This document shows, one piece after another, positions 27,972-37,696 of a stretch of DNA of 64,000 nt. The DNA lies in the IMG/VR virus record IMGVR_UViG_3300015607_004069, positions 96,001 through 160,000 of that record. One strand, 5' to 3'. This stretch comes from a virus (lineage: Duplodnaviria; Caudoviricetes). The position numbers and the translations under genes are program-made. Under the pieces are notes generated by a model. The model made no database searches and was not told the origin of the DNA. It worked only from the letters and a program-made list of their open reading frames with translations. Each line of letters opens with the position of its first letter. Position 1 is the stretch's first letter.

Positions 27972-28373
27972 CTATAACTTAAGTCTGAAAACTTGGCCAT
28001 GTTCGTCATTGTATAATTCAGCGCCGATCTTTTTCCAGATCTTACTAGTCTGTTCTTTTCTGTTAGTGTCAGATCTTAATTCTTTAAGATTCAAATTTCT
28101 TGCTATATCTATTAACTTTTTGTATAGTGTAGATGCAAACCCTTTACCTTGATATTGACTTGCAGTTTTCAGGTCTGATGTGTAACCAATTCCATTCAAT
28201 GTAGTCAATGTGGTTGATGAAATAGTTCGTTCATTATATTTCAAGCTTACTTCATAAGTATTGATCGTTCCGGGGCCACAATCGTATTTTGCAGCATCAC
28301 AAGTGTTAGTTAACTTGACATCTATGGTCAAATCAGACAATATATTATCAGCATTGATATCTGATAAACGCAT
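27972..28373 (-). CDS. GNAT-family acetyltransferase
   Basis: YQGKGFASTLY..SKIWKKIG; MRLSDI N-terminus common in large-phage proteins. Confidence 0.7.
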   Translation of the reverse strand: MRLSDINADNILSDLTIDVKLTNTCDAAKYDCGPGTINTYEVSLKYNERTISSTTLTTLNGIGYTSDLKTASQYQGKGFASTLYKKLIDIARNLNLKELRSDTNRKEQTSKIWKKIGAELYNDEHGQVFRLKL

Positions 28374-28451
28374 ATGTCATTCTCTCCGATTCTGATAAAT
28401 ATTTATCGAAAGACAACAGCCCATATTAGATTCATGCTGCGGAGCACCGTC

Positions 28452-28754
28452 ATGGTTACAGTCAAGGAAGAGTCATATGGTTATCGAATAAAATGCAAAC
28501 CCTGTGGCTATCATTATATTCCAAAAATAGGTAAGCCCGGTGCTAGCTGGTCATTTAATAAAAACTTTGAAAAACCAACTTTCACACCATCAGTCAATGA
28601 ATCGCAGACCTATGAGAATAAAGTCATAAAAAGATGCCATTATGTTTTAACTGATGGTATTATGCATTATTGCTCAGATTGCATGCATGAATTAGCTGGG
28701 AGGTCTGTGGCTTTAGAACCGTACACTGAAGAAGAATTAAATAGGCCAGAATAA
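28452..28754 (+). CDS. DUF6527-like Cys/His protein
   Basis: CKPCGYH..WSFNKNFEKPTFTPSV..CHYVLTDG..CSDCMHELAG. Confidence 0.7.
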   Translation: MVTVKEESYGYRIKCKPCGYHYIPKIGKPGASWSFNKNFEKPTFTPSVNESQTYENKVIKRCHYVLTDGIMHYCSDCMHELAGRSVALEPYTEEELNRPE

Positions 28755-28817
28755 TTTCTGCTAACATTTCTTTCCAACAGTATTTCAAATCAGTCACCTA
28801 CCACAGGAACTTCTGAT

Positions 28818-29111
28818 ATGGTTATCGCAAGCAAGGTCAGTGAGCAATTGACTACTCTTTTTATTGGCTTGAACGCCGAAGACATCAGAAAGCTTCAAGG
28901 CAATACGCCTGTCATGCTCTATCCTGATTCATATTCTGGCTTGCCCAAACAGCTGGCTGTGGCTATGGTTGGTGGATTAAGTGATCAGGCCATTGTTGAC
29001 AGTATGATAAAAGCTGGCCTAATTGATCAATCCACTAACATCGACAGAGTGAAAGACAAGCCTCATGAATCTCAAAATCAAGATGCCAACAGTCAAACTG
29101 ATAGAATATAA
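28818..29111 (+). CDS. Hypothetical protein
   Basis: AGGA RBS; IGLNAEDIRKL. Confidence 0.55.
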   Translation: MVIASKVSEQLTTLFIGLNAEDIRKLQGNTPVMLYPDSYSGLPKQLAVAMVGGLSDQAIVDSMIKAGLIDQSTNIDRVKDKPHESQNQDANSQTDRI

Positions 29112-30726
29112 GAATTTGCAGGAGTTTGATAAAAGAGGAATCAACATCGGTGTAAGAGACGATAAATATTTCACCATTGAATTGGATCAGTTAGACGAAG
29201 ATCAGTTAAATAGACTTCAAAAAGTATTAGAAAAGCATGCTAAGGACCCTAAAGTTGTTCCTGTATTGCGTGATTTCAAGCTTTATTTGAATATTGACAA
29301 ACTGTGCGGCAGTGCCAAATCCACAACTGTCAGCCAATTCTGTGATCTGTTAACGGCTACATTACTCAACTTGCCCGGTCACAGGATTTATGAAAGAGAT
29401 AAAAACACTGGAATGTGGTCCGCCTACTTTGTGCAGTCAGTGAGATATGATGATGGCGAATCCTTTCGTCAGAAATCCCAGCCGACTACAGAAGTCAAAC
29501 TGGTCTATCGTGAATTCGGCATGGATTGTACCACGTCTATAACATTCGATTCCAAGGAATGCTGTTATATGACCATCAGCGAGGCTCTGAATAAGGCCGG
29601 TTATTACCTTGAAACGCCAGAATTACGAAAAGAGTACCTTGAATTTAAAAGCAAATTTGAGGTCATAGCAGAAGATATTGGTGCCCCATATTTGGCCGAT
29701 GGGTACGGCTGCACTTTAGACAACTGGCGACATTCCTATATTCCTTTCGCTATGGAAGGTCAGAAATCGAAAGTCATCTTAGATGTCTTCTTTGAAGTAC
29801 CACCTACCAAGGAACCTAAGAAATACCAAATAGATTTCTGGTGGAATAAGAAGACTAAGAGTGAACAGGTCGAGCCAAGTCGAGAGTATAGAGATTCCAT
29901 TGAAATTCCAACCCATTTCAATGTGATTGTGTTTGATCTAGCCCGATCTGATCGGTTTAAAACACACATCAATAATCTGACAAAATACAAATTCGATTCG
30001 AAGGCTTCAAAGAGGTTGGTGTTACCAGCAGAACAACGGAAATTAATCGACCTGTTGATTTCCAAAGACACGAACGCCTTCAAGGATATCGTTTCTGGCA
30101 AGTCGGGCGGGACAGTGATGGCCTTGTGTGGCGATGCCGGATTGGGCAAAACATTGACTTGTGAGGTAGTTGCTGAATCAGTCCAGAGAGTCTTATACAG
30201 TGTTCAATGCTCGCAATTGGGTGTTGAACCGGAGGATCTGGAAAAGAATCTGAGGCTCGTCTTTGATCGTGCCCACCGCTGGAATGCTATCATACTACTT
30301 GATGAAGCTGATGTCTACGTTCAAAAACGTGGTGACAGCCTCAATCTGAATGCTATTGTTGGTGTATTCCTGAGACTATTAGAATATCATTCTGGCATCA
30401 TGTTTCTCACTACAAACAGGGCCAGTGATATTGATGATGCCGTTCTTAGTCGATGCGTGGCTAGAATTGATTATCGCATGCCACAGGCTCAGGAACGTCA
30501 TGATATCTGGATGTCTCTAATAGGGTCCAATAAGCTGACCATTTCACCAGATGACCTAGCCAAGCTAGTTGAACTGTCTGATGGAATGAGCGGACGTGAC
30601 ATCAAGAACGTCCTAAGACTAGCACTTTTGTTTAACCCAAAACTCACACCAGAAAGCGTAGAATATGTCAAGCAATTCAAACCAACGATCACCAAGAGAA
30701 CGAATAAAGATCGCTTGCATGTCTGA
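29065..30726 (+). CDS. AAA+ ATPase
   Basis: Walker A GDAGLGKT, Walker B LLDEAD, LTTNR..DDAVLSR, SGRDIKN. Confidence 0.9.
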   Translation: MNLKIKMPTVKLIEYKNLQEFDKRGINIGVRDDKYFTIELDQLDEDQLNRLQKVLEKHAKDPKVVPVLRDFKLYLNIDKLCGSAKSTTVSQFCDLLTATLLNLPGHRIYERDKNTGMWSAYFVQSVRYDDGESFRQKSQPTTEVKLVYREFGMDCTTSITFDSKECCYMTISEALNKAGYYLETPELRKEYLEFKSKFEVIAEDIGAPYLADGYGCTLDNWRHSYIPFAMEGQKSKVILDVFFEVPPTKEPKKYQIDFWWNKKTKSEQVEPSREYRDSIEIPTHFNVIVFDLARSDRFKTHINNLTKYKFDSKASKRLVLPAEQRKLIDLLISKDTNAFKDIVSGKSGGTVMALCGDAGLGKTLTCEVVAESVQRVLYSVQCSQLGVEPEDLEKNLRLVFDRAHRWNAIILLDEADVYVQKRGDSLNLNAIVGVFLRLLEYHSGIMFLTTNRASDIDDAVLSRCVARIDYRMPQAQERHDIWMSLIGSNKLTISPDDLAKLVELSDGMSGRDIKNVLRLALLFNPKLTPESVEYVKQFKPTITKRTNKDRLHV

Positions 30727-31366
30727 TCTCCATGGGTATCTGATTGAGCATGATCTTATTCCAGATTGTGACCTACTTATTCTAGCAGGCGATCTGTGCT
30801 ATCACCATGACGATTATGGTTGGTATATTCGTGATTTTGGAAGATGGCTTGAGAAGCTATCCAGACGAATGAAAATCATAGGAGTAGCAGGCAATCATGA
30901 TTTCATGTTTCAGAATATCAATGAATGTGACCCTGAATATGTTGATCTTGTAAAGGCATTGCCATGGACCTACTTGCAGGACGGTGGTACCACCTTTAAA
31001 GGATGGAATATCTATGGCACACCATGGCAACCGACATTCTATTCGTGGGCTTTTAATGCTGAAGAAGACGAATTGGCTAAGAAATGGGCTAAAATTCCTG
31101 AAGAAACTAGTATTTTAGTCCTGCATGGACCGCCTTTTGGATTTGGCGATATTAATCCGAAAGGTGAGCATGTCGGCTCGCGAACTTTGGAACATAAGAT
31201 AGCTCAATTACATCGTCATTTGAAGCTGGCTGTTTTTGGCCATATCCACTCCGGACACGGCACATACAGGCATTCATCGGGTACACTGCTAATAAACGCC
31301 TCTTTGGTCGATGAAAAATATCGTTTGGTCAACGGTCCGACTGTTGTTGAGTTGTCAGGGGAATAA
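30665..31366 (+). CDS. Calcineurin-like metallophosphoesterase
   Basis: SDLHG, AGD, GNHD, HGPP, GHIH. Confidence 0.9.
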   Translation: MSSNSNQRSPRERIKIACMSDLHGYLIEHDLIPDCDLLILAGDLCYHHDDYGWYIRDFGRWLEKLSRRMKIIGVAGNHDFMFQNINECDPEYVDLVKALPWTYLQDGGTTFKGWNIYGTPWQPTFYSWAFNAEEDELAKKWAKIPEETSILVLHGPPFGFGDINPKGEHVGSRTLEHKIAQLHRHLKLAVFGHIHSGHGTYRHSSGTLLINASLVDEKYRLVNGPTVVELSGE

Positions 31367-31591
31367 AATGGGGCCTATTATCGTTAACGCATCCGGACAA
31401 GCTGATGTTCGTTGTGCCTACTGTAAGAAGCCAATCACTAAAAGGCAGTGGATTGGCTTTATTGATAGTTCCAGACAGTGCAGCCGCCTGTGGTGCAGGC
31501 TCTGGTCTGGTCATTGGCTCTGGATGAACTTCAGAAGACGAATCGTATGGGAAAAGAAGACATTTTCGATTAATTATCCGACTATCAGACG

Positions 31592-32296
31592 TTAGTGGAT
31601 CAGCTGATAGGCCAATGGACGAAGCTGATTAAATATGGTCTTGTCTCTTACGAAATTCATAAATTCGATATATTTTATAATAGTGAAGGGAGGAATAGGT
31701 ATAATATTTTCTATCAAATCATCAAAGCCATCAAATTCGAATTTCTGTGCTAGTACGTCCATGGTTTGCTTAGCTGCCTTCACTTCCTTTTGAGTAGCAC
31801 TGCTATTATAGACTCGAAGAAATAATTCCGCTATGCCGTCTGACATCTTTTTGCCCGTCTTCTGATTGCGATAGGAGCCAATATAGGGATAAATTCCTGC
31901 GTTCAACTTGTATACCACTGGATCATAAATTTTATGAATGCCGCTCCATATATAATCGATTATATCATCACGTCTATACCAGTCAGGCGAACCCGGCTCT
32001 ATGAAGACAATGGTGTCTTTTAGACCGTACTCGTTATCATAAATAAAGCATCGATCTGGCTGGTGATTTGGTTTGGTTTTGATTAGTTCTTTGAGATTCC
32101 ACTTGAACAAGTTGAACATGATTTTGTCAGTAGGATCTAATAGCTCTTGATCTTGCTCGCAGAATTCAATGAATTGATCCCATGTCTTGGCTTCATTCTT
32201 ATGATAATCGAAAATAGCATCCCAATTGATAGCTGGATCATCCTCCTGTAAATCCGTGAAACCATAGCCGATAACTTTAGTAAGCCTATTTCCCAT
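31592..32296 (-). CDS. Hypothetical protein
   Basis: 234-aa ORF. Confidence 0.6.
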   Translation of the reverse strand: MGNRLTKVIGYGFTDLQEDDPAINWDAIFDYHKNEAKTWDQFIEFCEQDQELLDPTDKIMFNLFKWNLKELIKTKPNHQPDRCFIYDNEYGLKDTIVFIEPGSPDWYRRDDIIDYIWSGIHKIYDPVVYKLNAGIYPYIGSYRNQKTGKKMSDGIAELFLRVYNSSATQKEVKAAKQTMDVLAQKFEFDGFDDLIENIIPIPPFTIIKYIEFMNFVRDKTIFNQLRPLAYQLIH

Positions 32297-32349
32297 TTAG
32301 CATTTTCCCGATGTGCTGTGGTATTACAATACTATTCATAGGAGATCAT

Positions 32350-33351
32350 ATGAAATATAACGAATTCGAATGTACCTACCATTTCGTCAACAGGTACTGC
32401 AAGGCCACAGGGGTGAAACAGCATGAGAAACCATTGGAATTTTATAATAGGCATCTATTGGATATCGCCCAGAATCTGAAGGAATTTGGCGATGATGGCG
32501 AGATCATTTTCAATCAGGCATCGTTCGAACAGATATGGTGGAAAATCGGCAGGCCGTATTACCGCTTTCATCCGGCAGCGGCTAAGCTTTTCGCAAATAC
32601 ACGCCTAGATGTACCAGTAAAATATCTGAAGTTCCCTAGTCGCGTCTTCGTGATCAATTTCAGCGAAAACGATCCCAGCATGAAATTGGATGACAAGCAT
32701 TATGTCAAATCAGTTCTGGTTTATCGTGGTCTGTCTACCAACATTCAAAAGAATACCAGTACTGAAGCCTTCACTATTTATCTCGATATCGGTGAAATCT
32801 ATTCTGCTGAAATCAATGGAGTCACTGTTACCTTACCATTGCTGACCTTCAGACAGTTGTTTTGGACTCTTGAAACAGAAGACCAGACACTAGAAGAAAT
32901 CATGTGTAAACTGCCAGTCCATCCTTCTGCTTTGCAGGGTGTCATTATTTCCGAAGAGATGCTTATAAAATGCTATCGGCTTATTGTTTCTATGGCCTTT
33001 CTCAAGCAGGATGAAAATCCTATCATCATACCGCATGTTCTGAGCAAGGACTCGGATGAATGGCATAGGGCTGATAAGACAAGGAAGGAACAACTAGAAA
33101 AGAAAGCTATCAGAGTCAGAGAAAGCGAAGGTTGGCTGGTCGGGCATGATGAAATGTTTGAAATGGGTAAGATCGGCAAAGCGATGCCGGGCCAGCCTTC
33201 AGAATGCACAGGACGCGAGCATATGTTTGCTCGTTTTGTGACAGGCCATTGGAAGCTGGTTCGATATGGTCCACAGAGGGAATTCGGCAGGGTTCGCTGG
33301 ATTATGCCTTATATCTCTGGAGAGGGCAAGCCATTTAAACATGATGATTAA
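32350..33351 (+). CDS. Phage hypothetical protein
   Basis: GGAG RBS; C-terminal VTGHWK..YGP..WIMPY..G motif. Confidence 0.65.
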   Translation: MKYNEFECTYHFVNRYCKATGVKQHEKPLEFYNRHLLDIAQNLKEFGDDGEIIFNQASFEQIWWKIGRPYYRFHPAAAKLFANTRLDVPVKYLKFPSRVFVINFSENDPSMKLDDKHYVKSVLVYRGLSTNIQKNTSTEAFTIYLDIGEIYSAEINGVTVTLPLLTFRQLFWTLETEDQTLEEIMCKLPVHPSALQGVIISEEMLIKCYRLIVSMAFLKQDENPIIIPHVLSKDSDEWHRADKTRKEQLEKKAIRVRESEGWLVGHDEMFEMGKIGKAMPGQPSECTGREHMFARFVTGHWKLVRYGPQREFGRVRWIMPYISGEGKPFKHDD

Positions 33352-33356
33352 TTATC

Positions 33357-33675
33357 TGGCTGGTAACGAGATAACGTATTGTCTCGTCATGGGCACTCAG
33401 ACATGAGCATCCAAATCATATGGGCTTCTGATACAATCGAAGCATCCATGGGAGTCACCACAATTCCCCAAACCCAAAGCGAGAGCAAAATTGTGGCCTT
33501 TCTGCCGTTGTAGGAACAGCGGCGCGGTCCATTGTCAGTTGAGCCGTATGATTCAACTGGACGTTGTAGGCACTGACGAATAGTGCCTCGTCGCCGGTCT
33601 TCCAGACGTACCAAGACCCGTGTTGTCTCAGCGCATCAGACACGCTTATGGTTTTGAGCGAATCAAAACTGGCCA
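33357..33675 (+). ncRNA. Large multi-hairpin structured RNA candidate (~320 nt)
   Basis: Ten consecutive stem-loops closed by TGGCTGG/CTGGCCA, intergenic, followed by terminator. Confidence 0.6.
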
Positions 33676-33676
33676 T

Positions 33677-33716
33677 TGATGACCAGACACCATTACGGAT
33701 GTCTGGTCATCATTTT
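33677..33716 (+). terminator. Intrinsic terminator
   Basis: TGATGACCAGACA / TGTCTGGTCATCA then TTTT. Confidence 0.7.
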
Positions 33717-33735
33717 ATCCATTAAGGAATGACAT

Positions 33736-33966
33736 ATGAGATATACAAAGAACCAACTGGAATTCATGATCCAAAAGGCGGTGGCACAACGAGTTCGCAA
33801 CCGTCGATTCCGCAGCTGCCTGTTGTTCACTTCATGCGTGACAGCAGCATTGTTATTCGGGACTTACTATCCGGACAATGTTAAGTCAGGCATTGCAAAA
33901 GCTGGCGAATACGCTAACCTAGGCTGGTTACAGACCAAGACGTTTCTGGCGAGCCTGTTCTCATAA
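33736..33966 (+). CDS. Small membrane-anchored protein
   Basis: AAGGA RBS; one hydrophobic segment. Confidence 0.5.
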   Translation: MRYTKNQLEFMIQKAVAQRVRNRRFRSCLLFTSCVTAALLFGTYYPDNVKSGIAKAGEYANLGWLQTKTFLASLFS

Positions 33967-33983
33967 CGAAAGTGATGTGATCT

Positions 33984-34484
33984 GTGGAAGTCTTTGAAAT
34001 TCATATTACCGGTGATGAATCCATACTGAAGAACGGCATGCAATTGGGTGTTAAGACCATTGCTGTCGATCTTCTTAAACCAGATAAGAGCATCCTTCGA
34101 TCAGAATATATGACTTCACATATTGCGAAGTTTAATAACTTCCAAGACTGTGTAAAATTCGTCGATGGTTTATCGCACCAGTTAGAACAGATGGGAACCA
34201 AGATCATTCGAAAGAAAATCGAGTGCCCACCTTATCAGCACTACCTCAATTCTAGTCTTTATATGGAAAGCCACTTTAAATTATCTCTTGATGCCACACC
34301 TAATTTTCCTATTAGTAGGAATCAAAATAAGGACTATCTACTTGGGACTGACCGTACTTATGACAAATCTGATTATAAGCGTTTTCATGATGCCCATCAG
34401 GATGATGAACTGGAATTGTGCTTGTATGATTCCTTCATAGATGAAGACCTAGACTGGTTATCACTTCCTCGGCATTCATTATAA
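33984..34484 (+). CDS. Hypothetical protein
   Basis: 166-aa ORF. Confidence 0.6.
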   Translation: MEVFEIHITGDESILKNGMQLGVKTIAVDLLKPDKSILRSEYMTSHIAKFNNFQDCVKFVDGLSHQLEQMGTKIIRKKIECPPYQHYLNSSLYMESHFKLSLDATPNFPISRNQNKDYLLGTDRTYDKSDYKRFHDAHQDDELELCLYDSFIDEDLDWLSLPRHSL

Positions 34485-34496
34485 AGGCGATATTCG

Positions 34497-34820
34497 ATGG
34501 CTAATGAAAAAGATCAGGAACTCACTCCGTTAACTGAAGCTGAATTTGAATTAGTAAAGGAAGAATTTAGAAGACTTGATCGTCTGCGTATAGAGAACAG
34601 ACCTCCGCCACAGGGAGAGTACCAATGGGATGGCGGATTAAGTTTCAATGGTGGTTTCGGATCATATCAAGCGTTATATTATAATGGTAAGAAAATAGGT
34701 GGCTTGTTTACTGATAAACCATATACTGGTGAATATAGACCATTTAGTGAAGACGGTGGCGTATGTAAACCATGTGATCCGCCTGTTACACACACTCCAT
34801 TTGCTGGAATGACCATATGA
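34497..34820 (+). CDS. Hypothetical protein
   Basis: 107-aa ORF. Confidence 0.5.
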   Translation: MANEKDQELTPLTEAEFELVKEEFRRLDRLRIENRPPPQGEYQWDGGLSFNGGFGSYQALYYNGKKIGGLFTDKPYTGEYRPFSEDGGVCKPCDPPVTHTPFAGMTI

Positions 34821-35242
34821 ACGTTTATATTGCAGCTCAAGATAAAGAACAAGCATTAGATATTCGAGCAATGCTTTTTGATAATGCTAAAGATGTTGAA
34901 TTTTCATGCCGCTGGCTCGATCAGGATTTCAAACGCACATTGACCTACACTGAAGAAGAACGAAACGTCATCGCCACCCAATGTTATGAGGACATAGATA
35001 AGTGTGATGTTCTTATCCTGCTTGCCTCTGATAACAAGATGAAGTGCTCTGGAGGTAAGTTCGTAGAGGCAGGGTATGCTCTCGGTCAAAATAAGGATGT
35101 TATCATTCTAGGTCAGCCGGAAAACATGCTCTTGTGGGCGAGAAAGAATATTAAAGCAGTTCAAACAATATCACAATTATTATCAAATATCAATGCACTC
35201 AGTGAATCTCATAGAATCCGGAATGCTGAGCTTAACGCGTAG
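34817..35242 (+). CDS. Nucleoside 2-deoxyribosyltransferase/hydrolase-like protein
   Basis: VYIAA..EDIDKCDVLIL..GKFVEAGYALG. Confidence 0.75.
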   Translation: MNVYIAAQDKEQALDIRAMLFDNAKDVEFSCRWLDQDFKRTLTYTEEERNVIATQCYEDIDKCDVLILLASDNKMKCSGGKFVEAGYALGQNKDVIILGQPENMLLWARKNIKAVQTISQLLSNINALSESHRIRNAELNA

Positions 35243-35435
35243 AATCTGACGATTGGTTTTTATCTGACTGGATACATAAGTTAATAAATATCGCAACAAT
35301 GCCAATTCCTAATAACGCACCGGAAGCGACGAGGTTATTTCCGTGAATGCCCTCAAACAAGGTGTTGATATAGATAGTCAATAGAAAGAAAGCTGCCCAG
35401 ACAACACAGACCAAATTGATAGCTGATTTAGCCAT
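35232..35435 (-). CDS. Small membrane protein
   Basis: Two hydrophobic segments. Confidence 0.5.
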   Translation of the reverse strand: MAKSAINLVCVVWAAFFLLTIYINTLFEGIHGNNLVASGALLGIGIVAIFINLCIQSDKNQSSDSTR

Positions 35436-35514
35436 ATTATTTTCCTAATGGTTGGAATTAGATAATACATTATCTGCTAGTACATACTTTAAACCATGTC
35501 CTACAGGATGAACT

Positions 35515-37116
35515 ATGAATACTATGTTTCATAATGCCAGAGTTTCTTTTGCTATCTGCACACCCATGGCGAAAGTGACCAATCCTCATGGCGTGTTGAT
35601 GTTCGACACATTGACACCGGAATGGCATAGAGCACGAGCCAGTCTAGCCATGCCTACCAACATCAATCTGGTAGAACTTTTAGCCGATGGTATGGAAGTC
35701 GGCGATGCCCGTTCAAAGATCGCCAAACTGTGTCTGGAAAGCAAACCAATACCAGAATTCTTATTCTTCTTAGATTCTGACGTTATCGTCCCATCAGATG
35801 CCTTGACCAAACTATTTTACAATGCCAGATGTTATCCAGACTACGATGTCTATGCTGGCGTTTATTGCTCTAAGACCAATCCACCAGAACCATTGATCTA
35901 TGGAGACAATGGCACAGGAGCCATCTGGGATTGGGCAGTAGGCGATCTGCTCATGGACGGCAGAGTGAAAAGCGTCCATATGGGTCTGACACTGATTAGA
36001 ACCAGTGCCTTCCGGAAGCTTCTGGATTCTGGCCTTGTCCATGGTACAGGGGATGACCAAGAAGACGAGCCGTTCTTCAAAACAGTCAATGAGACTGAAT
36101 TTGTCAATGGCAATAACCTGCTCAAGCGAGGAACAGAGGACATTTACTTCTGTGATAAGCTTATAAAGGCTGGCGGCAAAATATTCGTCAATACCGGAGT
36201 GTTAGCCGCCCATCACTGTCGGACCACAGGCATAATGTATGGTCTTCCGGTCGATAAGACCAATAACCCATTTAGACGCGCCAAATGGATGAAGGATGGC
36301 GACAAGACTCAGGATGTTCAGGAAGCCGAGAATCTGATCTACGAAGGGCCTTGTGAATGTGTCAAATATCTGACTAATGAAACGGAATTTCCAGAACAAT
36401 ATAAGCAGCTGGACAATTCAACGCTTTGCCTTGAAAATTGCGTTGACTGTAAAGGCACTGGCCATGTCAAAAGGCCATATAAGATAGCTATCGATATTGG
36501 AGCCGGTGATACGCGCAGAGAATGGCCGGGTTATAAGACTTACACTACTGATATTCGTAGCGATTCCAAGCCTGATTATGTTCAGGATTCACGTGCTCTA
36601 ACGCTGCCAAATAACCATTTTGATCTAGTGGCAAGCTCACACCATCTAGAGCATATTGGCCGATGGGATCAGGAAAAAGTCTGGAAGGAAATGTTTAAAA
36701 TCTGCAAGCCCGGTGGCAGAATTGAGCATGTCGTTCCTAATATACAATGGGCCGCTGCCTCCATTATGGAGAACAACATAGACGAGCACGTCATGAATGT
36801 CATTTATGGAGCACAGGAGGCTCATGGATATGCTCGTGAATTCAATACTCATTTCTTCGGCTATACCCCTGAGTTAGCTAAGGCACTGGCAAGATCAGTC
36901 GGATTCGTTGATGTAGAAACTGGAGACTGGCGACAGAATCCCAAGTTAGGTTATAACCTCCTGATAAAAGGTCGTAAGCCTTATCCCGATGAAGTAGTCA
37001 AAGACACAGTAGTCATGAAAGCCAGAAAACAGGAAGAAAAGGATAAAAAGAAAGAAAAAGAGCCAGAAAAAACAGATCAGAAACCAAGCCGGTCCAGAAG
37101 ATCAGCAGCAAAATAA
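35515..37116 (+). CDS. GT2-like glycosyltransferase fused to class I methyltransferase
   Basis: FFLDSDV, MGLTLI, TEDIYFC (GT-A); DIGAG, SHHLEH, CKPGG (MTase). Confidence 0.85.
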   Translation: MNTMFHNARVSFAICTPMAKVTNPHGVLMFDTLTPEWHRARASLAMPTNINLVELLADGMEVGDARSKIAKLCLESKPIPEFLFFLDSDVIVPSDALTKLFYNARCYPDYDVYAGVYCSKTNPPEPLIYGDNGTGAIWDWAVGDLLMDGRVKSVHMGLTLIRTSAFRKLLDSGLVHGTGDDQEDEPFFKTVNETEFVNGNNLLKRGTEDIYFCDKLIKAGGKIFVNTGVLAAHHCRTTGIMYGLPVDKTNNPFRRAKWMKDGDKTQDVQEAENLIYEGPCECVKYLTNETEFPEQYKQLDNSTLCLENCVDCKGTGHVKRPYKIAIDIGAGDTRREWPGYKTYTTDIRSDSKPDYVQDSRALTLPNNHFDLVASSHHLEHIGRWDQEKVWKEMFKICKPGGRIEHVVPNIQWAAASIMENNIDEHVMNVIYGAQEAHGYAREFNTHFFGYTPELAKALARSVGFVDVETGDWRQNPKLGYNLLIKGRKPYPDEVVKDTVVMKARKQEEKDKKKEKEPEKTDQKPSRSRRSAAK

Positions 37117-37133
37117 GGCCTGATTTGACACTA

Positions 37134-37171
37134 AAAGAGGTGTCTTTCATTATAACGAAAGACACCTCTTT
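37134..37171. terminator. Bidirectional terminator between convergent genes
   Basis: AAAGAGGTGTCTTTC / GAAAGACACCTCTTT. Confidence 0.75.
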
Positions 37172-37188
37172 CCATATAGGATTTGAAA

Positions 37189-37635
37189 CTATTTGATATA
37201 ATGCGAGATCAGAATACCATTCAGGTGGTCCATCTCATGGTTGAAAATGCGGCTTCGAAGACCAGCCAACTGAGTTTTCTTAACCTTCCCGTCCTTCATG
37301 CAATAGTATGAGAAGGCTGTGTTGACAGGACGCGATATACTAGCCGTCATACCCGGAAGAGACAAACAAGCTTCATTGCCCATAGTCTGTTTGTAGGATG
37401 TGCTCGTTATTTCTGGATTGATGAAGATAGAAATGCTATTGTCAGCCATCATAACGCCCAATATACGCTGATCTATGCCAATCTGGTTGGCCGCTAGACC
37501 ATAGGCCTTGTGTTCTCTGATAGTCTCAATAATGTCAGAGATAAGTGGATTTAAATGGTCTGGAGAGAAATCAGTGACTGGATCTATCATCTTAACCAGT
37601 AACGGATTTGGATGGATAATAATATCACGTGGCAT
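37189..37635 (-). CDS. def: Peptide deformylase
   Basis: GLAANQIG, EACLS, HEMDHLNG. Confidence 0.92.
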   Translation of the reverse strand: MPRDIIIHPNPLLVKMIDPVTDFSPDHLNPLISDIIETIREHKAYGLAANQIGIDQRILGVMMADNSISIFINPEITSTSYKQTMGNEACLSLPGMTASISRPVNTAFSYYCMKDGKVKKTQLAGLRSRIFNHEMDHLNGILISHYIK

Positions 37636-37696
37636 CTATCGTTTCCTCATGGTGTTATATGATACATAAGTTACAAACCTGAACAACGAGGTATTT

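Noticed and set aside
30704-30706. ATA at the position where the phosphoesterase would naturally start (IKIACMSDLHG)
   Set aside because: An in-frame ATG exists 13 codons upstream, so no non-canonical start needs to be invoked
33541-33575. GAGCCGTATG resembles the start of group II intron domain V
   Set aside because: The rest of DV (GNRA-capped stem, CGTACGGTTC-like 3' side) and domain VI are absent; no interrupted gene and no RT
33357-33675. tmRNA or RNase P identity for the large RNA
   Set aside because: No GGGG 5' end, no alanyl G3-U/ACCA acceptor, no evident tag ORF; no GAGGAAAGUCC RNase P motif
33387-33676. 73-aa and 75-aa minus-strand ORFs
   Set aside because: No recognisable motifs or RBS, antisense to flanking genes; the dense pairing is better explained by RNA structure
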